From positions 1 through 64,000 of IMG/VR virus record IMGVR_UViG_2671180676_000004: a stretch of 64,000 bases of DNA; one strand, 5' to 3'. Below, one piece after another: positions 10,024-20,238 of the stretch. The position numbers were made by a program, and so were the translations under genes. Numbering within the stretch: the stretch's first letter is position 1; every line of letters begins with the position of its first letter. The notes under the pieces were generated by a model, which saw only the letters and a program-made list of their open reading frames with translations, made no database searches and was not told the origin of the DNA. The DNA is from a virus. Lineage: Duplodnaviria; Heunggongvirae; Uroviricota; Caudoviricetes.

Positions 10024-11582
10024 TTCTGCACCTCGCAGCCTTCAATTTCAGCCACAATCGCATCAATATCTTTACGCAACTGGTCGATTTTGCTGACCGT
10101 GGTTTTCAGCTCTGCATTCAACTCAGCGATATCGATAATTTCGCGAGTATCTTTCACTTCAACATAGCTGCTCACCGACAGGTTATAGTCATTAGCAACA
10201 ACAGTCTCAAACGCAACAGATTTCGCCAGATGAGCAACATCTTCCTTGCTGGCAAATACCTGCATAATTTTTTCTATATGGGCATCGGTCAGAATGTTGT
10301 TGTTAGTCTCTTTTTTGAACAGTTCGCTGGCATCAATAAACTGAACTTTGGTATCCGTTTTATGTTTAGACAGCACCAGAATATTGACGGCAATGGTGGT
10401 GCCAAAGAACAGGTTCGGTGCCAGTGAAATCACGGTTTCGACATAGTTATTGTCAACCAGATACTGACGGATTTTCTGCTCCGCGCCGCCACGGTAAAAA
10501 ATGCCCGGGAAGCAGACAATCGCAGCACGACCTTTGGCAGAAAGATAGTTCAGCGCATGTAATACAAACGCAAAGTCAGCTTTGGATTTGGGGGCCAGAA
10601 CGCCAGCCGGGGCAAAACGTTCATCGTTAATCAGCGTCGGGTCATCGCTGCCAATCCATTTCACCGAATACGGCGGGTTAGAAACGATGGCATCAAACGG
10701 TTTTTCATCTCTGAAGTGCGGCTCAGTCAGCGTATTGCCCAGCTTGATATCAAACTTGTCGTAGTTGATGTTGTGCAAAAACATGTTCATACGCGCCAGG
10801 TTATAGGTCGTATGGTTGATCTCCTGACCGAAAAAGCCTTCTTCGATGATGTGGTCATCGAACTGCTTTTTCGCCTGCAACAACAGCGAACCGGAACCTG
10901 CTGCCGGGTCGTAGATTTTGTTAACGTGGGTCTGGCCGTGCATTGCCAATTGTGCAATCAGCTTAGAGACGTGCTGCGGTGTAAAGAACTCGCCGCCTGA
11001 CTTACCAGCATTCGCGGCATAGTTAGAAATCAGGAACTCATAGGCATCGCCGAACAGGTCAATCTGATGTTCGTTGAAGTCACCAAGTTTTAACCCTTCA
11101 ACCCCTTTCAGAACCGCAGCCAGGCGGGCATTTTTATCTTTAACGGTGTTACCCAGGCGGTTACTGGTGGTATCGAAATCAGCAAACAAACCTTTGATGT
11201 CAGCTTCTGAAGGATAACCGTAAGCAGAACTTTCGATAGCAACGAAGATGCTGTTTAAATCTGCGTTCAGTCTGTCATTGGTATTTGCTTTCGCCGCTAC
11301 GTTGCAGAAAAGCTGACTGGGGTAGATGAAGTAGCCTTTAGTTTTGATGGCATCGTCTTTAATGTCATCAGTAATTACGCTGTCATCCAGTTTCGCATAA
11401 CAGATACTGTCATCACCGGCTTCAATATAGCTGGAAAAATTTTCGCTGATAAAACGGTAGAAAAGTGCGCCCAGAACGTATTGCTTAAAATCCCATCCAT
11501 CGACCGAACCCCTGACATCGTTAGCAATTTGCCAGATTTGACGATGAAGCTCTGCACGTTGTTGAATACTTGTCATTTTCAT
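10020..11582 (-). CDS. hsdM: Type I N6-adenine DNA methyltransferase subunit
   Basis: 520 aa; SAM motif [10 protein letters not shown] and catalytic NPPYS. Confidence 0.9.
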   Translation of the reverse strand: MKMTSIQQRAELHRQIWQIANDVRGSVDGWDFKQYVLGALFYRFISENFSSYIEAGDDSICYAKLDDSVITDDIKDDAIKTKGYFIYPSQLFCNVAAKANTNDRLNADLNSIFVAIESSAYGYPSEADIKGLFADFDTTSNRLGNTVKDKNARLAAVLKGVEGLKLGDFNEHQIDLFGDAYEFLISNYAANAGKSGGEFFTPQHVSKLIAQLAMHGQTHVNKIYDPAAGSGSLLLQAKKQFDDHIIEEGFFGQEINHTTYNLARMNMFLHNINYDKFDIKLGNTLTEPHFRDEKPFDAIVSNPPYSVKWIGSDDPTLINDERFAPAGVLAPKSKADFAFVLHALNYLSAKGRAAIVCFPGIFYRGGAEQKIRQYLVDNNYVETVISLAPNLFFGTTIAVNILVLSKHKTDTKVQFIDASELFKKETNNNILTDAHIEKIMQVFASKEDVAHLAKSVAFETVVANDYNLSVSSYVEVKDTREIIDIAELNAELKTTVSKIDQLRKDIDAIVAEIEGCEVQK

Positions 11583-11706
11583 CCACTTATTTCAGGCTTA
11601 TGTAATTGGCGGTGATTCTACAGCAACTTGGATGCTTTAGCAGTTCGGACATTAGGCAACGAATGACCTAATTAGAGCTTTTTGGAAAAGCGGTATTGTC
11701 GGTGCG

Positions 11707-11931
11707 ATGATAGCTATGTTTGGGTGCGCGATGGTGCAATACAATGACGGTGAAAAGGTAAGCATCCAGTCTGATGGCTGGTATGGGCTGGATAGCCTGC
11801 AAAAAACCGCAGATAAAGCCTGTCAGCAATATGGAAAGTCTAAAGCCGTATATCAGCATAGCGCGAACGCTAATCCACATCTCGCGCCCGGCACGGGCGT
11901 TCAGAACACTATTTGGAAATGCGAACCATAA
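11707..11931 (+). CDS. Hypothetical small protein (74 aa)
   Basis: ORF only; no clear SD. Confidence 0.25.
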   Translation: MIAMFGCAMVQYNDGEKVSIQSDGWYGLDSLQKTADKACQQYGKSKAVYQHSANANPHLAPGTGVQNTIWKCEP

Positions 11932-12114
11932 CGCAGGTTGGCTTTTTACATCTTGGGCCGAATACTGATTCCGCGCTAAGTTGTTTGTGCGGAAGTGACA
12001 CTGTGGAGCTTAGAAATAGTAAATACTGGTGGGCAACAAATTGAGCCTTCACACGCTCACCAGCACACACAAAAAATGGTTAAACAGCAAGGGAATTAAT
12101 ATCTCATCGCGACA

Positions 12115-12252
12115 TTAAATAAGCCAGCGCACGCCTCTGTTTATCACTGACTTGAAAAACCATATCAGAACCACGATGAAGACAATCGCCAGCACTTGGC
12201 TAAGAACAGGCGCATTTAAAAATGCACTTAGAAACTGAAAAAATACAATCAT
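12115..12252 (-). CDS. Small hydrophobic peptide (45 aa), type I toxin-like
   Basis: Not in ORF track; minus-strand ATG at 12252-12250 with SD GAGGA; product MIVFFQFLSAFLNAPVLSQVLAIVFIVVLIWFFKSVINRGVRWLI. Confidence 0.35.
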   Translation of the reverse strand: MIVFFQFLSAFLNAPVLSQVLAIVFIVVLIWFFKSVINRGVRWLI

Positions 12253-12708
12253 CAGGGTAATCCTCGTCTAATGTAAAGCTGTGTGCTCTCACGTTGACGT
12301 AGAAACCCAACCTCTATATAGTTGGATTCGGTGAAAGAAAGTCGTTAACGTGAACTTACGGCACATGTTTTCGGTATAAAAATCAGGGAACTGTGAATTC
12401 CTTGATGTAGTTGGGGCCTGTAATGCAGGCCCTATCTATTAATGTCATGATTACATCTCAAATTTTCTCCTTATCATTATTATTTAATAAAATTCAATTA
12501 ATATAATATCCATTTCCTGTGTGTGCAAACACAGTATGAGGAAAATGGCCCCGTTGCAAGTGCATAACTTTGTGGATAACTCTGAAGGCGAATTTACATT
12601 TCGGCGCACCGCAAGCCAGATAAGCTGTGCGCAAAAAGCAATGGGGTGAGAAAAAAACTTTGAAGATATTGCGGCGACTAAATAATAGCCGTTATTCAAT
12701 TATTCTGG

Positions 12709-12972
12709 ATGGGATTTAATATGAACGAATGGAACATAGCAGCCAAAAGCCAGGAAGAAAGGAATAAAGTTAACGTTGACCTGGCTGCCAGGGGGGTTGC
12801 CTACAAAGAGCGATTGAACATACCCGTCATAGCGGAACAGGTAGCCCGTGAGCAACCTGAGAACCTGCGCACCTATTTCATGGAACGGCTACGGCACTAC
12901 CGGCAGTTAAGCCTCCTGCTGCCAAAAGGAAACGATCCGGTATATCAGAAAGAAGATATAGCCAAAAAATAA
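12709..12972 (+). CDS. Hypothetical protein (83-87 aa)
   Basis: ORF; alternative ATG at 12721; immediately upstream of the UmuD'-like gene. Confidence 0.4.
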   Translation: MGFNMNEWNIAAKSQEERNKVNVDLAARGVAYKERLNIPVIAEQVAREQPENLRTYFMERLRHYRQLSLLLPKGNDPVYQKEDIAKK

Positions 12973-13070
12973 CGCGCCACCAGGCGAGCGCAAAGCATCG
13001 CGCTATTGCACACTTCAAGCATCTTTAATGTATACTGTATGGATAAACAGTACTCTGAGGTGAAAACGCT

Positions 13071-13460
13071 ATGGGCTTCCCTTCTCCTGCGGCGGATTAT
13101 GCTGAGAGTCGTATTTCTCTTGATCAGCAGATAATTAGACATCCTTCAGCGACCTACTTCTTGAGGGCAGCTGATAGTCATCATCGTGAGGGAATATTAC
13201 AGGGTGCATTGCTGGTGGTCGATTCCTCACTTACCCCGGTTGATGGTTCTCTGCTTGTATGCGCTCTGGATGGGGAATATCGCGTAAAAAGATACCGGAA
13301 GTATCCACGTCAGCATCTGGAGGATTTGAGAACCGGTAAGAAGGAAGCATTGCCAAAGGATGACGATGGATGCACGGGCAGCAATGCCGTGTTTGGTGTG
13401 ATCACTCACATTATCAACGACGCAAGAAGTGGCGAGTTTGATGATTGTCCCGTGATGTAG
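13071..13460 (+). CDS. UmuD'-like S24-peptidase domain protein
   Basis: Begins MGFPSPAADY…HPSATYF, matching UmuD from its Cys-Gly autocleavage site onward; Ser and Lys positions kept (ADSH…VKRY); no umuC partner. Confidence 0.6.
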   Translation: MGFPSPAADYAESRISLDQQIIRHPSATYFLRAADSHHREGILQGALLVVDSSLTPVDGSLLVCALDGEYRVKRYRKYPRQHLEDLRTGKKEALPKDDDGCTGSNAVFGVITHIINDARSGEFDDCPVM

Positions 13461-13496
13461 GAGAACTGATTAGGCGGTGCAATGCACCGCCTTTTA

Positions 13497-14597
13497 TCAC
13501 ACTGCGCGGAATGCGATCTCGCCAGGTATTACTTCGCCTTGCCAATACATTTGGGCAGCAACGCGATCTGCGAGGTCACGATAAATAGCCGTAAATTCGC
13601 TATCTGGACGACTAATAACGGTTGGTGTTCCGTTATCCAGATCTTCACGAAGAGAGATATGAAGTGGCATTTGGCCTAACAACTGCGTGTTGTATTTCTC
13701 GGCCAGTTTCTGTGCGCCACCGGTGCCAAAAATTGGCTCGTGATGACCGCAGTTACTGCAAATATGCACACTCATGTTTTCGACGATACCCAGTACCGGC
13801 ACTTCGACTTTTTCGAACATCACAATGCCTTTCTTCGCATCGATCAGCGCGATGTCTTGCGGCGTAGTTACCACAACCGCACCAGTTACAGGAATGTTCT
13901 GCGCCAGCGTCAACTGAATATCACCAGTGCCCGGCGGCATATCGAGAACGAGATAGTCCAGATCAGGCCATAGAGTTTCCTGCAACATCTGCATCAGCGC
14001 CTTGCTGGCCATCGGTCCACGCCACACCATTGCATTGTCGTCGGTGACCAGATAACCAATAGAGTTGGTTGCCAGGCCATGAGACATGATAGGTGCCATG
14101 TGAGTACCGTCCGGTGAGGTTGGACGTTGGTTTTCCGCGCCCAGCATGGTTGGAATTGATGGACCATAGATATCGGCATCCAAAATACCAACTTTCGCAC
14201 CTTCAGCAGCCAACGCCAGTGCCAGGTTTACCGCCGTGGAGGATTTACCCACGCCGCCCTTGCCTGAGCTGACGGCGATAATGTTCTTAACGCCATTAAT
14301 GCCTGGTTGGTTTTTGACGCGCTTAAGCGTGGCAATGTTGTACGACAGCTTCCAGTCAATAGCCTTTGCGCCAGTGATACGGAGCAGATCACCACTACAT
14401 TGCTCTTTCAGGTCTTCAAAAGGCTTATTCCACACGAAAGGCATGATTAGTTCGACATGCAGTGTGTCATCCATCAACGCAACATGGTGTAACGCTTTAA
14501 GCGTAGTCAGGTTGTGTTTCAGGGTTGGGTGCTGAAAATTAGCCAGCGTACCGGCTACCATTGCTCTCAGGGCATCCGGCGATTTGGACTCGCTCAT
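13497..14597 (-). CDS. apbC: Fe-S cluster carrier ATPase Mrp/ApbC
   Basis: 366 aa; P-loop SSGKGGVGKSST; MinD/Mrp family; divergent from metG as in E. coli. Confidence 0.95.
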   Translation of the reverse strand: MSESKSPDALRAMVAGTLANFQHPTLKHNLTTLKALHHVALMDDTLHVELIMPFVWNKPFEDLKEQCSGDLLRITGAKAIDWKLSYNIATLKRVKNQPGINGVKNIIAVSSGKGGVGKSSTAVNLALALAAEGAKVGILDADIYGPSIPTMLGAENQRPTSPDGTHMAPIMSHGLATNSIGYLVTDDNAMVWRGPMASKALMQMLQETLWPDLDYLVLDMPPGTGDIQLTLAQNIPVTGAVVVTTPQDIALIDAKKGIVMFEKVEVPVLGIVENMSVHICSNCGHHEPIFGTGGAQKLAEKYNTQLLGQMPLHISLREDLDNGTPTVISRPDSEFTAIYRDLADRVAAQMYWQGEVIPGEIAFRAV

Positions 14598-14754
14598 CCC
14601 GTCTCCTTTATTTTAATTTGCGCAATTGTCGCCTTGTAGTGTACTCCAGCTACGACATTTAATCATTTATGAGAAATGCTGTTATCACATGGCAGACATA
14701 AGGCCATTTTGTTACTATCAAGCCCCTTTTCACTACAAAGAAGTAATGCCTACT

Positions 14755-16788
14755 ATGACCCAAGTCGCGAAGAAAATTCTGGTGACGTGCGCGCTGCCGT
14801 ACGCTAACGGCTCAATCCACCTCGGCCATATGCTGGAGCACATCCAGGCTGATGTCTGGGTTCGTTACCAGCGAATGCGCGGCCACGAGGTTAATTTCAT
14901 CTGTGCCGACGATGCCCACGGTACGCCGATCATGCTGAAAGCACAGCAGCTTGGTATCACACCGGAGCAGATGATTGGCGAAATGAGTCAGGAACACCAG
15001 ACTGATTTCGCAGGCTTTAACATCAGCTATGACAACTATCACTCGACGCACAGCGAAGAGAACCGTCAGTTGTCTGAGCTTATCTATACTCGCCTGAAAG
15101 AGAACGGTTTTATTAAAAACCGCACTATCTCTCAGTTGTACGACCCGGAAAAAGGCATGTTCCTGCCGGATCGTTTTGTAAAAGGCACCTGCCCGAAATG
15201 TAAAGCGCCAGATCAATACGGCGATAACTGTGAAGTCTGCGGCGCAACATATAGCCCGACTGAATTGATCGAGCCGAAATCGGTGGTTTCTGGCGCTACC
15301 CCGGTAATGCGTGATTCCGAACACTTCTTCTTTGATCTACCTTCTTTCAGCGAAATGTTGCAGGCATGGACCCGCAGCGGCGCGTTGCAGGAGCAGGTGG
15401 CGAACAAAATGCAGGAATGGTTTGAATCCGGCCTGCAACAGTGGGATATATCCCGCGATGCGCCTTACTTCGGTTTTGAAATTCCGAACGCGCCGGGCAA
15501 ATATTTCTACGTCTGGCTGGACGCGCCGATTGGCTACATGGGTTCCTTCAAGAATCTGTGCGACAAGCGCGGCGATACCACCAGCTTCGATGAATACTGG
15601 AAGAAAGACTCCACCGCCGAGCTGTACCACTTCATCGGTAAAGATATTGTTTACTTCCACAGCCTGTTCTGGCCTGCCATGCTGGAAGGCAGCAACTTCC
15701 GCAAGCCGACCAACCTGTTTGTTCATGGCTATGTGACGGTGAACGGCGCGAAGATGTCCAAGTCTCGCGGCACCTTTATTAAAGCCAGCACCTGGCTGAA
15801 TCATTTTGACGCTGACAGCCTGCGTTACTACTACACTGCGAAACTCTCTTCGCGTATTGATGATATCGATCTCAACCTGGAGGATTTCGTTCAGCGTGTG
15901 AATGCCGATATCGTTAACAAAGTGGTTAACCTGGCGTCCCGTAACGCTGGCTTTATCAATAAGCGTTTTGACGGTGTGCTGGCAGGCGAACTGGCTGACC
16001 CGCAACTGTATAAAACCTTCACTGATGCTGCTGAAGTGATTGGTGAAGCATGGGAAAGCCGCGAATTTGGTAAAGCTATCCGTGAAATCATGGCATTGGC
16101 TGACCTGGCTAACCGCTATGTCGATGAACAGGCTCCGTGGGTGGTGGCGAAGCAGGAAGGACGCGATGCCGATCTGCAGGCGATTTGCTCTATGGGCATT
16201 AACCTGTTCCGCGTGCTGATGACGTACCTGAAGCCGGTACTGCCGAAACTGACTGAACGTGCAGAAGCATTCCTGAATACAGAACTGACCTGGGATGGTA
16301 TCCAGCAACCGCTGCTGGGCCATAAAGTGAATCCGTTCAAGGCACTGTATAACCGCATCGATATGAAGCAGGTTGAAGCACTGGTGGAAGCATCCAAAGA
16401 AGAAGTGAAAGCCACAGCCGCACCGGTAACTGGCCCACTGGCTGACGACCCGATTCAGGAAACTATCACCTTTGACGACTTCGCCAAAGTTGACCTGCGC
16501 GTGGCGCTGATTGAAAACGCAGAGTTTGTAGAAGGTTCTGACAAACTGCTTCGCCTGACGCTGGATCTCGGTGGTGAAAAGCGTAATGTCTTCTCAGGCA
16601 TCCGTTCCGCTTATCCAGATCCACAGGCACTGATTGGTCGTCACACCATTATGGTGGCTAACCTGGCACCACGTAAAATGCGCTTCGGTATCTCTGAAGG
16701 CATGGTGATGGCTGCTGGCCCCGGCGGGAAAGATATCTTCCTGTTAAGCCCGGATGCTGGTGCTAAACCTGGCCACCAGGTTAAGTAA
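14755..16788 (+). CDS. metG: Methionyl-tRNA synthetase
   Basis: 677 aa from [11 protein letters not shown]; class I HIGH (HLGH) and KMSKS motifs; zinc knuckle CPKC…CEVCG; C-terminal tRNA-binding domain. Confidence 0.97.
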   Translation: MTQVAKKILVTCALPYANGSIHLGHMLEHIQADVWVRYQRMRGHEVNFICADDAHGTPIMLKAQQLGITPEQMIGEMSQEHQTDFAGFNISYDNYHSTHSEENRQLSELIYTRLKENGFIKNRTISQLYDPEKGMFLPDRFVKGTCPKCKAPDQYGDNCEVCGATYSPTELIEPKSVVSGATPVMRDSEHFFFDLPSFSEMLQAWTRSGALQEQVANKMQEWFESGLQQWDISRDAPYFGFEIPNAPGKYFYVWLDAPIGYMGSFKNLCDKRGDTTSFDEYWKKDSTAELYHFIGKDIVYFHSLFWPAMLEGSNFRKPTNLFVHGYVTVNGAKMSKSRGTFIKASTWLNHFDADSLRYYYTAKLSSRIDDIDLNLEDFVQRVNADIVNKVVNLASRNAGFINKRFDGVLAGELADPQLYKTFTDAAEVIGEAWESREFGKAIREIMALADLANRYVDEQAPWVVAKQEGRDADLQAICSMGINLFRVLMTYLKPVLPKLTERAEAFLNTELTWDGIQQPLLGHKVNPFKALYNRIDMKQVEALVEASKEEVKATAAPVTGPLADDPIQETITFDDFAKVDLRVALIENAEFVEGSDKLLRLTLDLGGEKRNVFSGIRSAYPDPQALIGRHTIMVANLAPRKMRFGISEGMVMAAGPGGKDIFLLSPDAGAKPGHQVK

Positions 16789-16810
16789 TTAAACAACCTC
16801 TCTTCGCAAT

Positions 16811-16836
16811 GCCCGGCAACACGCCGGGCATTTTCA
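16811..16836 (+). terminator. Intrinsic terminator of metG
   Basis: gcccggc-aacac-gccgggc followed by TTTT. Confidence 0.8.
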
Positions 16837-16871
16837 TATAGACACAATCCCTTCTGATTTACACAGTACCT

Positions 16872-16886
16872 AAAACAATTTGTTTT
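16872..16886 (+). promoter_or_regulatory. Motif A palindrome
   Basis: aaaacaatttgtttt; first of two tandem copies downstream of metG. Confidence 0.45.
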
Positions 16887-16921
16887 CTACCTTTTGTTGA
16901 TGGAGATAATAAACCACATAA

Positions 16922-16937
16922 GAAAACAACTTGTTTT
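16922..16937 (+). promoter_or_regulatory. Motif A palindrome
   Basis: gaaaacaacttgtttt, 13 nt before ATG 16950. Confidence 0.45.
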
Positions 16938-16949
16938 GGAGTGGTTGAA

Positions 16950-17249
16950 ATGTTGAACATTACCCAAGCCTACCAGGTGGCATTGATCAGCTCATCTCAT
17001 ACATCAGAGGAAGATGCTCGCCGATTCATGATCGCAAGCAATGAGCTGGATTGGGTTTCACAAATTGAGTACGGTTGCATTGTCCACGCCGGGTTACAGG
17101 ACGATGACTGGAAAGATGAGTTGCGTCGATATGGTATATCCGAGGGCGCGATTGCGAACATTCAGAAAGTACTTGATGTAGGCTTTGACTCTGTACATTT
17201 TGATTGTGGTGCACCGGTCGTTGAAGGGCTAGAGTGCTGGCAATGGTAA
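16950..17249 (+). CDS. Hypothetical protein (99 aa)
   Basis: ATG 16950 with SD GGAGTGG; the track start 16941 is GTG. Confidence 0.5.
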   Translation: MLNITQAYQVALISSSHTSEEDARRFMIASNELDWVSQIEYGCIVHAGLQDDDWKDELRRYGISEGAIANIQKVLDVGFDSVHFDCGAPVVEGLECWQW

Positions 17250-17285
17250 TCCGGCAATCGCTTCATACTAGACAACGGAGAATTT

Positions 17286-17471
17286 ATGCTTAAAGAAGAC
17301 TCATATCTACTAAAGGCGCTTGAAATGCGTGGCGTTGAACCTACAGTGAAAAACGCTCACGATATCTACCTTCAGTTTTCACCGGAGCTGAAACGGTTCA
17401 TAAATCAATACGGGGTTAATGACTCAAGTGTTAAAGCAATGATAGATGATGAATTAGACCATCTCATCTAA
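17286..17471 (+). CDS. Hypothetical small protein (61 aa)
   Basis: ATG 17286 with SD GGAG. Confidence 0.45.
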   Translation: MLKEDSYLLKALEMRGVEPTVKNAHDIYLQFSPELKRFINQYGVNDSSVKAMIDDELDHLI

Positions 17472-17623
17472 TCGTTTCCTATGATAATGGTTTTCACTTT
17501 GAGATTGTTATTTTTCATAGCTAAAGCTGATGTTTGTGGAAGGTGGATTGATAAACGGATGCGTATTTAGGTTATACAAGTGAGAAAATTGATAATATAT
17601 AAACGCGATTTTTATGTGATGGA

Positions 17624-18193
17624 ATGGATGTGATGGAAACCCAGAACCAACAAACAAAACCTCTGAATAACATTTATGCGTGGATTCTAGCGTTCATGCC
17701 TTTCTTCTTTGGAGTATCGCCGGAAGAGTATACCAATTACGCTATTATAATTGGGGGTGTAACTACCATCGGTTTGTTAGTAGCTGACAGAATGGCTCTA
17801 TCGGAGTCTGGCTGTGAACCACCTTCAATTCTATGGGGGGTATTCCTCCTGCCTGTCTATCTCTGGAAGCGCGCGACTATTACAAAAGGCAGCAGAGTGC
17901 CATTTATCATAATCGTTGCGTCGCTGGCTTGGGTTATCTTCATCGGCATCCCACACAAGGACGAGGTTGCTCTTGAAGAAGCAGCCTGCCCTCTCGTGAC
18001 AACTATTCTGAAAGAGAATAACGGTTCGACTGCACCAAAATGTATGAAGGTGACAATAGAGGACAAGGTGACGGATAAGTTCTATAGAGCAACGGCTACA
18101 CTAGACAATGGTAATGACATTAACATTACTCTGGAACTTACCGGCGACAGGAACTTCTACGTCCGTGTTCCAAATGTTTATCTGAACAACTAA
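17624..18193 (+). CDS. Membrane protein with four predicted TM helices and a soluble C-terminal domain
   Basis: Hydrophobic segments IYAWILAFMPFFF, AIIIGGVTTIGLLV, ILWGVFLLPVYLW, FIIIVASLAWVIFIGI; alternative start 17633. Confidence 0.5.
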   Translation: MDVMETQNQQTKPLNNIYAWILAFMPFFFGVSPEEYTNYAIIIGGVTTIGLLVADRMALSESGCEPPSILWGVFLLPVYLWKRATITKGSRVPFIIIVASLAWVIFIGIPHKDEVALEEAACPLVTTILKENNGSTAPKCMKVTIEDKVTDKFYRATATLDNGNDINITLELTGDRNFYVRVPNVYLNN

Positions 18194-18289
18194 CGGTTGC
18201 AACTCATTGATAATGGCGGTCACAATTTGATTCTTTTCTATAAGAATCCGTTGATCGCCACTACTCCCCTTCCATACCCGCAATCACAT

Positions 18290-19100
18290 CCTTAAATATC
18301 AATAAGTTATAGTTGTTTATACAATCAAGAAAACAACTGAATAACAGATCAACGAAACATCAACGCTTTCACCCGATTTGGTCTAAAAAATTGACGTTTT
18401 CACACATCACTGCTTATACCCGTAATTCTACGCAGCAGACAGCGCCACAGCGTCCAATTTTCACCACAGACGACCCAACACACTACCAACAAAAACACAC
18501 GCTCAAAATCGTTCCCGTTGCGTTACATAACCATATAAACAACTTATTTCAGGCATAACAAAACAACTAAATAACACATATGCCATTCCCAAAACAACCA
18601 ACCTCTTTATGGCAGGCTACCGAAAAGACCCACCTCTTCTTCCCAGGCTACCGGACAACCAACCTAACTTTCACAGGCAATCCGAAAACATTCATACGCG
18701 CGATACCCACGACACGCCATTACCCAAACAGCGAAGAAACATCAGAATCACTGAAACCCCAACGAAGCCTGTAACCGCAAGGTTTCTCTCAATCCCAAAA
18801 GACACGAAACATAACAATCACGGGAAACGCCATTACCCAATACACGAATAACTACAAAAGCCCTTCACGCACTCCAGACAAACAACTCAAACACAATAAC
18901 GAAAGGAATCGCCCACCTGCCATTACTCCATACACGGAGAAGAACAATCACCAAAACGACGAGAACACCCCATAGAAGAACCACCGCAAAACGAACGAAA
19001 CCATTTACACCGACAGAGAGAACAACACGCCCAATTCACCAACAGAAATAGTCGCCGTATAGAACGTTCTGGAAGGAGTGAGCATTAACGCCTATAGAGA
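18290..19100 (+). repeat. A+C-rich, G+T-poor strand-skewed region with degenerate tandem repeats
   Basis: Repeated units such as acgccattacccaa(a/t)ac… and caggctaccg…; track ORFs here have implausible Thr/Pro/His/Gln-rich translations. Confidence 0.5.
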
Positions 19101-19261
19101 GGTTGAGACAGATAAAACACGAAGAAAACACAACATGTATAGCGAAGAAGCCAGGTATGTATAAGTGGGGAGGGAAGGAGGGGTGTCGCCTCCTTTTTCG
19201 TATTTATTCAACTCCTGATTTTATCCCCCGTAACACCCCTACGGTCAGCCTTCGGTCCATA

Positions 19262-19395
19262 CAGGGAAAAGGTTGCATCCCGCTACAGAAACGGCTGGGT
19301 TGCCTTCGGGGAACGGCTGGAGGTTTTCAGGGAAACGGTCGAGTTGCCTGTGTGGATTTCGGGAAAAGGCTCGATGCCGGTTCAGGAACGGCGGC
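19262..19395. repeat. Iteron-like direct repeat array (GGGAAAcGGc)
   Basis: Six copies (gggaaaagg, agaaacgg, gggaacgg, gggaaacgg, gggaaaagg, ggaacgg) spaced about 21-24 bp, one gap about 31 bp. Confidence 0.45.
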
Positions 19396-19728
19396 GTACC
19401 GGTATAGCGTGAGGGAGAGTTGCGGCTACCCACCTGTAATGTGCGGGAAGAAGAGAGGCGCTCACGTGCAGGCGAACTTACTTACCGCTGGATTCCCTCT
19501 GAATGCCCAGCTACAGCGTAATTGTGCCAGACAGCCAACGGGTCACAATCGATTTCAGTAGGTTTTCGGGGAGAGGATTATTCTGCCCACCAGCCACCTT
19601 CGGCCACTAAATCAGAATAATGTAAAAAGTGTACTCGATACTGAACCTGAAAACTCACTGCCAAAACAACATTCACCGGAATAAAATCCTTTTTCGCCTG
19701 TGCGTTATTGCGATAATAACACCAACGA

Positions 19729-19743
19729 GAAAACAATTTGTTT
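19729..19743 (+). promoter_or_regulatory. Motif A palindrome
   Basis: gaaaacaatttgttt, 13 nt before ATG 19756. Confidence 0.45.
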
Positions 19744-19755
19744 AAGGATTGCTTT

Positions 19756-20085
19756 ATGTTTGCAAATATCGACATCAACCAAATCAAGAAATTAACTCAA
19801 AAAGAGTTTGATCAGTTTTATGAGTTAGAAGGTTGGTCTTCCACTCTGATCAATTCGCGGTGGGTGCTTGAGCTGATGACTCGTGATGACGCACCTGCTT
19901 TGATGATTTGCGACATGGGTGAAGATGCTGACTTTATGGATATGAGCGAATTTTGTGTGGACACATACAACCGCAGCCAGAAGTACTACTTCACATGCGA
20001 TAGCGAAAATGACGTGATTTCTAAGGTCTATCTTCACCTCGTCCAGCATTGGGACGTTCAGGAGTTTCTTGAAGTATTCGAGTAA
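19756..20085 (+). CDS. Hypothetical protein (109 aa)
   Basis: ATG 19756; track start 19738 is TTG. Confidence 0.5.
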   Translation: MFANIDINQIKKLTQKEFDQFYELEGWSSTLINSRWVLELMTRDDAPALMICDMGEDADFMDMSEFCVDTYNRSQKYYFTCDSENDVISKVYLHLVQHWDVQEFLEVFE

Positions 20086-20212
20086 CCCCAACCAAAGCCA
20101 GCAATGCTGGCTTAATTTCTCTATAGCCGCAGGGAGGAACCTGCATATCGATCATGCACCTGATCATTATGCTTTGTAGCCGTTTTCTTACTGGTATTAT
20201 TTACGCCATTGA

Positions 20213-20227
20213 GAAAACAAGTTGTTT
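20213..20227 (+). promoter_or_regulatory. Motif A palindrome
   Basis: gaaaacaagttgttt, 12 nt before ATG 20239. Confidence 0.45.
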
Positions 20228-20238
20228 ACGGAGTTGTG

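Noticed and set aside
12484-12699. Minus-strand ORF of 71 aa
   Set aside because: Sits in an AT-rich promoter-like intergenic region upstream of 12709..12972; no SD.
14812-16323. Antisense ORFs within metG (14812..15324 -, 15337..16323 -, others)
   Set aside because: They lie wholly inside a confidently identified gene and have no signals of their own.
18313-18851. Three overlapping plus-strand ORFs (18313..18558, 18580..18774, 18609..18851)
   Set aside because: Translations are Thr/Pro/His/Gln/Asn-rich with no SD; they lie in the A+C-skewed repeat region, which I treat as non-coding.
19262-19395. Possible CRISPR array
   Set aside because: Repeats are about 9-13 bp, degenerate and unevenly spaced, not 28-37-bp repeats with unique spacers; no cas genes anywhere.
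19103-19561. ORF of 152 aa spanning the iteron-like repeats
   Set aside because: Gly/Arg/Cys-rich odd composition, no SD, and it coincides with the phased direct repeats.
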